DNA from: Paraspadella gotoi
Taxonomy: Eukaryota > Animalia > Chaetognatha
Length of the DNA: 27,570 nt
Direction: 5' to 3'
NCBI GenBank assembly: GCA_051294375.1
Contig: CM119268.1
Span: 23,934,975-23,962,544, forward strand
Positions 10,898 to 23,612 of this stretch are shown here, in pieces (positions within the stretch are counted from its first letter, which is position 1; the number at the start of each line of letters is the position of its first letter). The translations under genes were made by a program, and so were the position numbers. The notes under the pieces are model-generated. The model saw nothing but the letters and a program-made list of their open reading frames with translations, did no database searches and was not told the origin of the DNA.

Positions 10898-11078
10898 AGT
10901 TTATATATATCAGGGGCTTGTCATCATCGACTGTCCATTAAAATTGAGTCAGGTACAGTTATTAAATGTTTTGTGTTTAAACATTTTATCAAAACAACAA
11001 ATATTCCCTATTATCGAGGCCAGGCGGGCAAACAGCCCGTCCTGGCTAGTAATTTTGATTGCGGTTTTAGCTTTCGGT

Positions 11079-11103
11079 NNNNNNNNNNNNNNNNNNNNNN
11101 NNN
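11079..11103. other. Assembly gap of exactly 25 N (also 11812-11836, 25608-25632, 26647-26671)
   Basis: Counted directly. Other gaps: 1963-2179, 3427-3436, 4343-4514, 4648-4948, 11190-11458, 27015-27119, 27495-27504. Confidence 0.97.
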
Positions 11104-11811
11104 TTCGCTTCCTTTTTACGAATTTTCCCAAATTGAGTTTTTCTCTTCGGAATTTGACTTAAAAGAAGACAGAGTGGGGGAGGAGGAAGNNNNNNNNNNN
11201 NNNNNNNNNNNNNNNNNNNNNNNNNNNNNNNNNNNNNNNNNNNNNNNNNNNNNNNNNNNNNNNNNNNNNNNNNNNNNNNNNNNNNNNNNNNNNNNNNNNN
11301 NNNNNNNNNNNNNNNNNNNNNNNNNNNNNNNNNNNNNNNNNNNNNNNNNNNNNNNNNNNNNNNNNNNNNNNNNNNNNNNNNNNNNNNNNNNNNNNNNNNN
11401 NNNNNNNNNNNNNNNNNNNNNNNNNNNNNNNNNNNNNNNNNNNNNNNNNNNNNNNNNNACTATTAGAGTCAGAGCCTTTATTCGATATATAATTCGATGT
11501 TATAAAATTCAAAATGTCTAGTTAGTTTGATTCCTCTGCGATGATATCCGATGGACAAAGTTTTATTTCAAAATAACGAAATATTGTACAAATTTGATGA
11601 CAAAATCAATTAATGAATCAAATGCAGGAATTTTATGTCGATGATTAACAGTAAAGTTTGGATAAATCTAAGAATTTGCGTTAGCGATTCCTGAATCGAT
11701 TTAAACAGAATTGACTGTACTTTTTTGTTGTTTTATACGAAGCGAAGAGTTCAGTGTACTATCGTTTATGAAATAATTGTTAACATTTTTCTTTATTTGT
11801 CATTTTATCGA
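11104..11811 (+). repeat. More compact copy of 7533-8359, bounded by two 25-N gaps and containing a 269-N gap
   Basis: Same anchors as above. The internal gap 11190-11458 corresponds to the ~270-nt G/A-rich tract at ~7675-7946. Confidence 0.92.
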
Positions 11812-14800
11812 NNNNNNNNNNNNNNNNNNNNNNNNNATGGGAGAGAAGAGAGAGAGAGGCTGGAAATCTGCCTTCAAAACAAGAAATCTCCTTTGTCGAG
11901 CAAAAATGATCGTCTCCCACCCCTCCCGTCGCTTTATCGTCGTCATTCTCGTTCTCCTCAATCTCGTGTCGTTTCACACAGTTATCGAATGTCCCCTTCG
12001 GTCCCTCGGTTTATTCGTCAGTCGTTCCTATCCCCCCCCGTCGCACAAAACACAAGCCGCCGCGCGTACCCCCTGGCGGATGGCCCGTAAAAATAATTTA
12101 ACCCGCTCGTCCGTATTTACGCCGGTTTAAAAAACGTACGTACGTTCCCGTAAAACAAAATTCGTTCCGTTAATTTTTATTTTTCTTACTTTATTTCTTT
12201 CAATTCTCTCTATCGTTCTTCGACCGTCGTCCTCGTCCGTCTTCTCTGTCCCCTACACTATCGGAACGGTGTCACACCGGAAGTTGAGCTCCAGTGAAGC
12301 CGCCCCAACGTCATGTCCGCTGCCGGTGATTATTCGAACGTTCGTCGCTGATGACTCTTGATAGTACATACGACCCTCTTTTGTCGACGGCGATCTCGCC
12401 AGAAGAAACTCTCAATGCATCCACTTGAATTAACGGAAAAAGCGTAGAACGGGGTATTTTTCTCTTTTGATTCTGATCGTCAGCGATACAATAATTCAAA
12501 CTAATGCAAATGGAGCTGACCCGATAACGAGAAGAATATAAACCCAACAATATATAACATTACTAAGCAAACATACTAACACAAAAAAAAAGAAAACAAA
12601 AACATCAGGCACAAATCAGAAAAAATCGCACGACGCCCAACCCGATCGCTCGCATGCGCGTCGAAAATGTAGACTCCTCAAGGCGCTCTCAACCTGCGAG
12701 AACGAACCATCCCCACGAACACTCGTCTTCCCCGCCATATCTGAGGTCGTCGACTGAAATAAAAAATAATTTTCAGAGATCACACCTAAATATTCATAAT
12801 GCATTCTAATTGGTGATTGCAATCGATTTAATTACTTCTTTCACAGCTTATGCAAATTTCATTTTTTCGGTTATAACAGATAAAAATAAAGATAAGGATC
12901 TAACTGCATAAGAAAAATCTGATCACAATTTTGATCTAACACTCAGTTTAAAAAAACTTAACAAAGAAAAAAGAAATCAGAATATGAAAAAAAAGAAATA
13001 AAAAAAATAGAAGCGAAGAAGAAGAAAGAAAGAAAGAATAGATGGAACAGAAAGGAAAGAAATAGAGAGAAAAAGAAGAAAGATAAAAGAAAGATAAAAG
13101 AAGAATAAAGGGAATAAAACAGAAAATTAATTAATACAGAAAGAAAAATTCTATTTTGCGATTGTCAATTTACAGTTAGTTTCTGAAAAAAAAACCTTTT
13201 TCATTCAAAAGAATAAATATAAAACACTAAAATAACTATTTTCGAGTTTAATTTACAATTCTAAAACTGGAACATTATTTGAGTTACTTTTGGTTTACTT
13301 TTAGCCCCATAAGCGACATTTTTCATCGAATTGCGACCTCGCAACACACTGCAGCAGCCAACAAAAACCAACGTTGAACGACATCAGACTACGAACTGAG
13401 TAAAATAGTAATAAAACCCATTATTACAAAATTAACATTGCACGAATGCCGATGCTTATTTGCATTGCATCCATTCAATTTTTTTAATAAAAACACAGAG
13501 AGAGAGATCGAGAGATAGAGAGAGAAAAAAAAAATCAATGGCAGCGCAGAGCAGCAGGTATGAAAAGAGAGAAAAAGAGAGAAGCCCCTGCAGAGCCAGC
13601 TTCCAGACTCAAAGCGAGCAGCCAAAAGCAGCATGGAGAACAATAGAGAAAAAGAAAAGCCCCTCAGAGCCAGCTGTAGATCCTTTTTTCCCTATAGTTT
13701 ATGCATTATTAATCACTTGAATTAGGGAAAAGAATAGGGTAGAAACATGTAATTTAAAAAAAACGAAGAAAGTTTTTTTGATAAAACGTAAACAAAACAT
13801 ATTTATACTCGACTTCATGTAATACTACATGATTGTGATTCTCTGTTATTATAACTTTCCAGCGTTCATAAACCAAATTGAATTCAAAAAAAAAGCGATT
13901 ATTAACTTTTGGAACGCGACCGACGGGACGACGCCCGTATCGCCCGGAGCGCAAAAGTTATCAAATGCTGGCTACTGGCATCAGAAACACATTAACTCTA
14001 TCTCCCCCCTTCAAAAAAAAGAATAAATAATCCCTAAAAACTATCGATGAATGAGAAACCAGTGGACTCAAAGCAGACCGTTAAAGATCCTAGGGGAGTA
14101 GGACATGTCCGTTTTGTGACCGGCATTACTCCAAGCTAGCGTCGACACGCGCGGGGAAACATGATTAGGAGGGAGGGATGGGTTGTGGTGTCTTTGATTT
14201 GCACTGAAAGGGAACGTATAGAAACGAACGACGTGACGCTGATGATGCACCGCTCAAAACGACAGGGCGCGGCCTCGGAGCCATCGACGCGCAATGGGTC
14301 TTGAGCAGGGAGCGCTCTTCGTCTACCATGCCCTAGAGGGATCGCGACCCATTCCTGTGCGCTGCCGTTCGCGCTAAGCGTCGCACGTCACGACGTCCAG
14401 GGGCGAGATTTTGTGTCCCGCCGTCCGAAATTTGCGAGAGTTCCCTTACCGCCTTTGCGTCTTCGCCCACACGTGTCCTCAGCGCCCACACCCCCCACGA
14501 GCGCTCCGGCAGCGGCCCCCCCCCGGTGCATTCTGACAAAGCGAGGCCCCAGTCGGGTGAACATAGTGGAACGAACAAACCAAAATTGACCGAGGGAGCG
14601 ACCGGTTAGCCGTGTGTGGATGGCATTTAAAGGGAAGTAAGCAATGCTTTTTATAACAATGTAAAAAGCTAAACGAACGTGTGTCAATTCTTTTCTTATG
14701 ATCAATGTAATAATATTTCCAAAATAAGTCGAACATGAATTTTTTATATTTTAATCTAACGCGAAAAAAAAAGAGTTGAAGATAATATCGACAGATTGAC

Positions 14801-16649
14801 GAAATAAAACACTGACGCTCCTCCTTCAACCCAGAGATTGGAGCTGAGTTCGCAATCTCCTGAAGCTGCTAACCGCAGCGGATTAATCATCATGCTCCCC
14901 TCCGGGTGAGCTCAAAGATATTGACTAGGAGAAGAGCGCGAAGGGGGGAGTCACGAGTCTTCTCCGACCCAGCGCGCTTCGACAAGTGCCCTCAGAGTCC
15001 CCTTCGCATGCGAGAACAGACGGCGACCACGAAGGAGAAGGCTCGTACATTAAGCGCCCAAAGAATAATTGTAGGGTGTCGTTATGATCCACGAATGGAA
15101 ACGATGGGGAAGGGCCAAGGAAAGCGCAAGGGAAAGGCCAAAAGAATGGCCGGAAGCGAACGAAAGGCTCGCGTCTTTTTTCTCTCGATCTAGGCGATTA
15201 TTTTAGTTTTTCCTTCGAGTTCCCTGTTTTAATTTTTCGTCAGTTTTTCATTCGAGAGTCGGAAAAAAAGAAAAAAACAAGTATTTTGGAGAATAATCTT
15301 TTAGGTTTTCGTTTTCAGAATCTTGTCGGCTTTTTCGCCGTCTTTTGCGTTGTTTTCATGTGGAGGAAATTTTTTAAATGGACCGAAGTCCGCGGTCGGT
15401 CGTTCGTGCGTCCCCCGCCCTGCGTCTCATCCTCGTAGTTCATTAAGCGCCGGGCTTTGCGGACCGGCCGCGACTCCGAAGAATAGCGCTAAAATTAAAC
15501 AACGGGGGGAAAAAGTGCCGTGACCCTCGGCTGCTTTTGGAAAAAAGCGGGGTAGAAGTTATCAAGAGATCGACTTATTTTTTGGGATTGAGCCCTAATT
15601 AAGAATTTCTTTATTGAAATTAACAAAGAAAGATAATCGCGATTATATATAGAGCATCGCGTAAAAATGGTCGTCTCACGTCGTTGTATATTTTCATGTC
15701 GTTTGTTCGTCCTTCGTCTTCATCGTCGTCGTCTTCATCGGTCATCGTTCGTCGTCTTTCATCGTTCATGCGTCCTCGTCTTTCATCGTCGTCTCGTCCG
15801 GGAAGTTTAAAAAATACGAAAAATTAAAAGAGAAAAAGATAAAAAAAAGAACCAACAAAAGACAATGAAAAAAAAAAAAATATAAAAATAATTTAAAATA
15901 AATAAGAACAAAAAATGATAATAATATCAGGGGAATGAACAGATAGGGGAAGTGAGGAAAAGAGAATGAGCTGAACAGGAGGGGTGGAGGCCGACGGATA
16001 AGAACAAGGAAGGGTAAAGCCGGCTGGAAAAATATGGGATCAGAAACAGGAGAGGAAAGGCCAAGGAGGGATGTGAGGAAGATCCGGAAGAAAAGCAGGA
16101 AAGGGCAAAAGAAAGGGCTGGGTGGGGAAGAAACAGAGGGGGAGGGGCCCAAGAAAAAAACGAAGAAACGGGGAGAAAGAGAGGGGAGAGGAGAGGGGAA
16201 GGGGGAGACGGGAAAAAAGAGGAAAAAGGGGAAGAGAGAGAAGGGGCGACGACAGAGAGGAAAAAGGGAAGGAAAGGGCCAGCGGGGGGCCGGGAAAGGG
16301 CGAAGAGGACATAAAGGGGGAGAACCAGGGGGGAGAGGGGAGGCAACGGGGGAGGGAAGAAGCGGAAGCTGGAGGAAAGGGGAAAAAACAGGAGGGGGAA
16401 AAGGGACGAGGGGAGAAGAAGAGTACGACAAAAGAGAGAAGAGAGGGGACGAGGCAGCCCGAAACAAGAGGAACACCAAGATGGGGGGACGATGGAAGCA
16501 GGACAGCGACATGGAAAGGAGCCGGTGGCGAGCAGGCAAAGAAGGGGGGGGGGGCGGCAGGGCCTCCACGGGAATGAACAGCGGAAGAGCCCGGATGGGG
16601 CAGGGAGATACCGCAGGGGGCAGGGGGCGTGCGGGAAAGAGGGGAGGAG

Positions 16650-16890
16650 GGGGCAGGGCCAACAGGGGCCACTCCGCCGGAAAGCCAGAGACCGGCAGGC
16701 GGGACCCAGGGCAGGGCGCGGGGGAGCGAGGCCGGCGCAAAGGGCCGAACCCGGCGCGAAATGCCGGGAGACCGCCGGGGGCAAGCCTGAAAGACCCTGA
16801 AGCCGGGGGCCAAGCCCAGGACCCGGCCAGAGGCAGGCGAGAAGGGGTGAAAGAAGGGCGGCGGAGGCGACGGAGCGCGAGAGCCACAGA
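16650..16890 (-). mobile_element. T-to-G corrupted duplicate of the SINE-like element at 485-722
   Basis: T-free words are preserved exactly (caagcccaggacccg at 16811 = 645); T-containing words show G instead. Confidence 0.6.
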
Positions 16891-17740
16891 GGAGGCTAGG
16901 AAGCGGAAACGAAAAGGAGGCCGGGGGAGGCAGACCAGGAGAGAGAGAGACAAGGCGGCGACGAGAGGGCAAGGGGGAGGAAGAGAAAAAGGAAGGCAAA
17001 GGCGCGAGAGCGAACGGCGCCAGAAAAAGAAGAGGGCCGGAAGGCAGTCAGAGGGGACGAGGAGGGGCAGGAAAGGGAGGAAGAGCAGGCAGAGGGCAGG
17101 AAAGGGAGGAGGGCCAGGAGAGGCAGGAAAGGGGAGGAGAGGGCAGGAAAGGGAGGAGGGGACAGGAGAGGGCAAAACAGACAAGGAAAGCGAGGCCGAG
17201 GTGGGGGCAACGGACAGGTGGTACACAGGGCAGTAAAGAGGCAGAGAAAAGAAAGAAACACACAAAAACGAAAACAAAGAGGGGAAAAGAAACCGGACAA
17301 AGGGGGGGCCGGCGAGGGCGCAGGGGAGGAAGAAAACAAAAAAAAAAGAAAAAGGATAAAAGAAAACAAGGGGCCAGCAACCGTGGGCGCCCGGAGGACG
17401 GGGGAGGGGAGCAGAACAAAAGCGGAAGCGGTGGAGGCACAACGCGGCAGGGGCAGGGCAAACAACCGGACAGCACAGTAAAAAGAGGGCGCAAGGAAAC
17501 GGGGGAGGCACGGGACCAGAGGGGGGGGAGCACAGCACGGGCGGGCGACAGACGACGAGAAGGGACTGAAGAGGGGCCGCCGCGAACGAGCGGCGAAACA
17601 AAAAAAAAGGAAGAAGGAAGGGGGAAAAAGAAAAAACAACAAGAAAAAGGACAAAGAAAACGGAAACGAACAAAGGAAACAGGAGGGCGAGAAAGACGCA
17701 AGACGAGACCGACGACGACACGACGAACGAAGAGAACAAG

Positions 17741-17775
<35 letters not shown>

Positions 17776-19650
17776 AGAGCACAAGGACGACAGGCGACGA
17801 AGAGGACGAGGACGCACAGGCGGTACGAGACAGAACAGGAAGAGGCCCGCAGGCTCCGCGAGGAGGACAGAACGTCCGTAAGGAGCAAATAGGCAAGGCA
17901 ATGGCATAATAAATGAGGACGACGAGATCAGACGACCAAGACGGACCGAAGGACACAGGCACTGAACCGTCGCGCAGATTTAAGCACGTACAGAGTGTCG
18001 CCAGCAATATGGAAGAGACAACGAGGACAGTCAGGAAGAGGTAACGCGGCCCGGGAGGAACGAACAGACTCGGGGTCCTAAGGCTAATGTGCAAGCAAGA
18101 TGACGACGAGGACGACGACGAAGAGACAAAGACGACGAAACCAAACCGACCTACGGACGCACGACTCGAGGACGAGTGACGGCGAGCAAACGATTTAGAA
18201 GCGAAGGACGAAGGGACGATCTGAAAGACGCACAAGGACGACCGAAGAAAAAGACGTACGAAGACGGACGAAACGAATACGATCGACGGACTGACGACGA
18301 CGATACACGACGGAACAAGACCGAGAAGCTAAGGACCAAAAAAGAAGTAGATCAAACCAATAGCAACACGACAACTCACACCACAAAGAAAAAAAAAGAA
18401 GCAGATACTATTCCAAGACAGCCCCAATATATAGCGGAAGAAGAGACACTACACACGAAGCGACCGGGAAGAGATTACTAGTCCCACAAGAGGCGCACAC
18501 AGGCGTCAACACAGGTACACGCTCACACAGCCGAGGAAAGCAAACGGAAGAATACCAAAGACAACACAAGAGACCGACCTAACTTCCAGAAATCCTCGTC
18601 GCAATCCGGCTGCCACGCGCGTACCGTGTTCTTCCGCCCCCCCTGCTCTCGGCCCCTATCCACACGTCTCCCCCTCCCCTATCTACTTATGACACTCACC
18701 AAGACCTCTTCCCCTCCTCTTCCCTCTCTCCCCTTGTTTCTAAGAAAGACCCACACGATCACCGCTGGTATCTTCATACTTCCTATTTTCCGTCTACGTC
18801 TTCCTAGCAGCACGCCCCCGCGTATCTATGGTGTCGGGCGCCGTCCGTTAATGAGCGCTCGGTCCACAACCACCAGACGCTGTTAAGAGACAGGCAGGAG
18901 TATCGGGGAAATGAAGAAAGAAACGAAAAGAAAATGCTTTGTGGATCAGCCGGAATGAAGAAGAGATGTGCATTTTATGCGAAGGAAAAGAACGAAAAAT
19001 TACTATTCATGGAACAATTTTCTTGCTTTTGTACACCAAAGAAGACAAAAAAAAGTCGAAAAACGAAAAGTGGCACTTTTGAAAAACACAAGGAAATCGC
19101 CATCAGACCTTAGTACACCTGTAACTAAAGAAGTACTGTAAGGCACGAGCGTAGATTACCTAATTATATCTGCTAGAAAGCGTCTGTGAAATTGGACAAA
19201 TTCTATAGCACGAAAACCACCAATTTTTATCGTTGAATATAAAATAAAATACATAATTCTGAGATGTATAATCGACTGACCGACACCCTGTCCAGAGTAT
19301 CTAAAGACACGCAGTTTCAGAACACGGCCTTTTTGCAATATCTGTCAGAGGCCATCGGGCGTCTGAGGCCACTCACAGAATGACTTCACATTCTTCGAGA
19401 TGAAATATCCTGAAAAACACTACTAGGTTCACCAATTGTGGTCTGCCAGACATTTCAAATCCATTAAATAACAAAAATCATATTATTGAACTGAGCAATT
19501 TGACTAATGACTCAGACTAAACAGGACTAACGACTATTGCAATAAAAGTCGTATACATGATAAAACGAGTTGGAATAAAAACTAACGGTTGTTTCTATTT
19601 GTTTTTTCTGAAAAAAAAAAACAGCGAATTACATTAAACTATTTTGGCAC

Positions 19651-19920
19651 TGACAGATACCAATGAAAGTAATGGACCAGATGAAAGTAATGACAGATGA
19701 AAGTATGAACATATAAATTAAAATGAACAGATGAAAGTTTAATGACAATGAATAATGACAGTACCACAAGTGAAAGTAATGACAAGAATACCATATGAAA
19801 GTAATGACACGATGAAATAATTGACAGATGAATAATGAACGATACAAATATGCACAGTAATGACAGATCTAAAAGTAATGACAGTCACATAAGTAATTCA
19901 CAAGATGACAGAAGTAATGA
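19651..19920 (+). repeat. Noisy copy of the 16/22-bp minisatellite
   Basis: tgacagat/gaaagtaa words with frequent 1-nt indels. Confidence 0.9.
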
Positions 19921-20010
19921 AGAATACCATTGAAAGCAATGACTATCCAATCAACCTACATCAAATTTATAAACATTCGTAAGCTGTGTGGTGCAATAAC
20001 ATTTAAAACT

Positions 20011-20442
20011 CAAGGCCTTCTACAATGGGCCTTTTGAAACTCAGGAATAGGGTGTAAATGAAATCTCTCTCAGGTCATCTTAAACTTTGAAGCTCGGGGT
20101 GCAATGACATTTTGCCTAGGTCCTCCAAACCTTTGAGACTCGGGTGCCCTGACACTTTTACCTAAGGATCCTCCAAAACCTTTTGAGCTCCGGCAAGGTG
20201 CATTGACATTTTATCTAGTCGTCCTCCAAACCTTTTGAGCTTGGGGTGCATTGACATTTTTCCTAAGGTCCTCCAAAAACCTTTTGAGGCTCGGGGTGCA
20301 TGGACATTTATCTAGGTCATCTCCAAACACCTTTGAGGCTCGGGTGCAATTGACATTTTCATCTAAGTCACTCAAAACCTTTGAGAGCGCGGCGTGCATT
20401 GACATTTACCTAAGTACCTCCAAAACTTTGAGCTGGGTGGCT
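20011..20442 (+). repeat. 49-bp minisatellite in copy 2, ~9 units
   Basis: Unit starts near 20011, 20071, 20116, 20161, 20215, 20262, 20312, 20363 and 20409. Confidence 0.88.
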
Positions 20443-22104
20443 CAAATGGAAAGCAAAGAGAAGATTGATGAATTAAGAGTTTAATCTTTGGCCAGCTGGA
20501 AGGAAAGAGGAGAAGAGGAGAGGAAGAGGAGGAAGGACGTGGAAGAACGAGGAGGTGAGGAGAAAGTGTTAAAAAGCAACAAGACGGAGACAAACGACAT
20601 AAAACGAAAAAAGAAAACAAAAAAACAAAAACCACATAAAACTTTAGGGAAAAAGCGGGATGAGAGAAAGAAAGAAAAGAAAGAAAGAAAAAAGAAAGAA
20701 AGATGGTAAACAGATGCGGCAGCGGAATCAATTTTTTTTTTATAGTCTCGATGGTATTAAGTTTTAGATGCAAACAACCGCGAAGCAACAACTCTAAACT
20801 GCAAACACGAATTACAAACACGAATTGCAAACACGAATTACAAACACGAATTGCAACACGAATTGCAAAACAGAATTTTCAAAGAAAAAAAAATATTAAC
20901 TGCATGCAATAAAAATACTTGAATGATATAACCAACGACAATGAGCTTCTAATAAAAATTTGTAAAGTTTTGAAAAAAAAAATCTACTGAAAAAGTGAAA
21001 ACTTTTCAACCAACGAAAATGATAAAAAAAAAATTCTATACAAAATATAGTTATCAAATAGTTGTGGACACACTAACAAAAATTTGTGAGCGAAATGGGA
21101 GCTTTTTTTTAATAAAAAACTAACATTATATGCTATCGCGAATTGTATATGAGAAAAAAAATAGGAATCATAGTCGAGATTCGGATGATATTATTAGAAC
21201 CGAAAGTCGTAAATATGATAGAGTAAAAGATTGAGAACAAGATAGAAAAAGAAGACAAAAACTTATATCTAAAATGATAAAATCACTTCCGTCAACTCTC
21301 CATCCCGTTGAATGAGAAAACTCTAGGAATCTGACTTACGCGAAAATGTCGCACAAACGAGAATTTAGCACTGTAAGTTCGTCACTACAGAACGGAGAGA
21401 GAGAGAGAGGACGAGAGAGAGAGAGAAGCAGAGATTGATGGAAGGGAGAGAGGAAGGGAGGAGAAGAGGAGAGAGAGCACGAGGAGAGAAGAGACAAGAA
21501 AAATTGGTATTTCACATTTCAAAAATTGAAAGGCTTTGAAATCCAAAGATTTTATTTCTTCTCTTCAGCAATAAAGGTTTTCCTCTGAGTGTTAAAGAGA
21601 GAAAAAAAGAATGAAGGATCCGGTGGGGGGAGAGAGAGATCGAGAAGAGAGAGCAGAGAGAAGAGCGAGTAGAAGAGAGAGAGAGATCGGAGAGCCAGAG
21701 AGAGAGGAGAGAGAGAAACGGGTTAAACTCCCACAATTCGAATTGGTTCGTAAGAGATGGGTACAGATAATTGGATTTTGAAAATGAGAAAAGAAGAGAG
21801 AAGCAGAGGAGATAAAGCAGACGAGAGAGGAAAGAGAAAAAAGAGAGAGAAGAGAAAAAGAGAGACGAGAGAGGAAACGAGAGAGAGAGAAGAGCAGAGA
21901 AAGCAGTTTGGCGTTTTCTTATTTTTTCTTACCAAATTTTGTTTTTTAAAGTTCAATATGTTATATCCTATTTTAATTTTTCTTATGCACTTAAGTTAAA
22001 TTTTAGAAATAATTATTTTTCGTCTAATTAAATTCCATATTATTTCCTTCTGTCTCGCCTCTTTATTATTTTTCTGTATTACTCTGCTCTCTCTCTCTCA
22101 TCTC

Positions 22105-22147
<43 letters not shown>

Positions 22148-22429
22148 TACATTTTGTTTATCAAACGAGATTGACGGTTATTATATTTAACTTTGAATTA
22201 TTATAGGGCGAAACATTCGTACGTCGTACGTCGTCTCGTCGTCGTCGTCGTCCGTTCGTCGTCGTCGTCGATCTTCATTGTTTGTGGTTTACTCTTTATT
22301 TTCCTATTTTCTTCCTAAAATTAAAATGTAAGATGAGGAAACATTTTCTTCATTAACTCATTTAGATCATTTTTGCTTCATTTCTTCATTCACCCGAATT
22401 TCCACAAAAATTGACCTAAAAATCGGGAA

Positions 22430-22670
22430 TGACCTTTCTTATCGCTGACAGTGACACTTTGACCTTTTTTATCTGACAGGTGACCACTTGACCTTTCTTT
22501 TCTATCTGACAGCTGACCACTTTGACGCTTTTCTTATTCTGACATGACCACTTGACCTTTGTTTATCTGACAGTGACCACTTTGACTTTTTTATCTGACA
22601 GTGACACTCTGACCCTTTTTATCTGACAGTCGACCCACTTTTGACCTTTTTATCTGACAGTGACCACTAT
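22430..22670 (+). repeat. Noisy copy of the 29-bp minisatellite, ~8 units
   Basis: atctgacagtgacc words recur about every 30 nt. Confidence 0.9.
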
Positions 22671-23175
22671 TTATCACTCACCCACCTAAAAATCACAACC
22701 TACTCCTAATCTCTCACAACACTTTACACTCTTGTTCAATAAACGAATCACACAAAACAAAATCGTTTCAATTTTAATCACAAAATCACTAAATTATATC
22801 AATCACTGCCAAATTTGATCCACCCTGGCACGTAATCAATGATTAGCCATAAAACAATCACATAATCACCCACACATATCACCCAATCACATAAATCGCC
22901 GAGGAAAACATTGCATATGCCTCTCTCTTTTCTCTTTCTCTTAGTATTCCGATGGATTAATTGAGAGAGAACGAGAAAACTTATAGGTCCTGTTTTTAGA
23001 CTCAATTAAAAACGTCTGCCGAGTTTATTACTAATAAAGTTTCTTCGATAACACAAAAAAACGTTCGTATTATCCGATCCACACATCGATGAAACCAGGC
23101 GAGTAACGGAGACGTCTTGATGATGCTCTCGCGAAAGCGAGGAAATGAATCCGTAAGACACAAAACAATTACTTA

Positions 23176-23320
23176 AATCACCTCAAATCACTCAAATCAC
23201 CTCAACTCACTCAATCACTCAATCACTCGATCACTCGATCACTCGAATCACTTCGATCACTTCGATCACTCGATCACTCGATGCACTCAATCACAGTCAA
23301 ATCACTCGCAATACTCAATC
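23176..23320 (+). repeat. Expanded 8-bp array (AATCACTC/GATCACTC), roughly 15-17 units
   Basis: Same flanks as 6246-6283, with a central block of gatcactc variants. Confidence 0.85.
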
Positions 23321-23461
23321 CAGTACAAAGTCAAACTCCTATCAACGTTTTTTCTCTGATCACCACCGTCGATCATATCTTCCTATTACTTCATATTACC
23401 CACTTACAGCCAATCTCTCTCTCTGCTCATCTCTCAACTCACCTCTCTCTCTTCTCTCAAT

Positions 23462-23496
<35 letters not shown>

Positions 23497-23571
23497 CATC
23501 TCTCTCTCTCTCCTCTCTCTCCGAGATTTTGGTATATACGACCCCCTAAAAACAATTAAAAACAGAAGATT

Positions 23572-23612
<41 letters not shown>

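Noticed and set aside
14906-15193. Basic ORF containing GKGQGKRKGKAK, like a histone tail
   Set aside because: Compositional match in a purine-rich noisy stretch; no histone fold follows.
1-16169. rDNA repeat unit or intergenic spacer (16-kb period with subrepeats)
   Set aside because: I recognised no conserved 18S, 5.8S or 28S motif on either strand, and the period is better explained by assembly duplication.
16200-17550. G-quadruplex or CpG-island signal
   Set aside because: The G-runs are converted T-runs; the original copy is AT-rich.
15766-17907. 713-aa minus-strand ORF and overlapping 285-400 aa ORFs on both strands
   Set aside because: Loss of T on the plus strand (A on the minus strand) removes stop codons in all six frames. 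The unconverted copy at 1-1700 has no such ORFs, and the translations are low-complexity.
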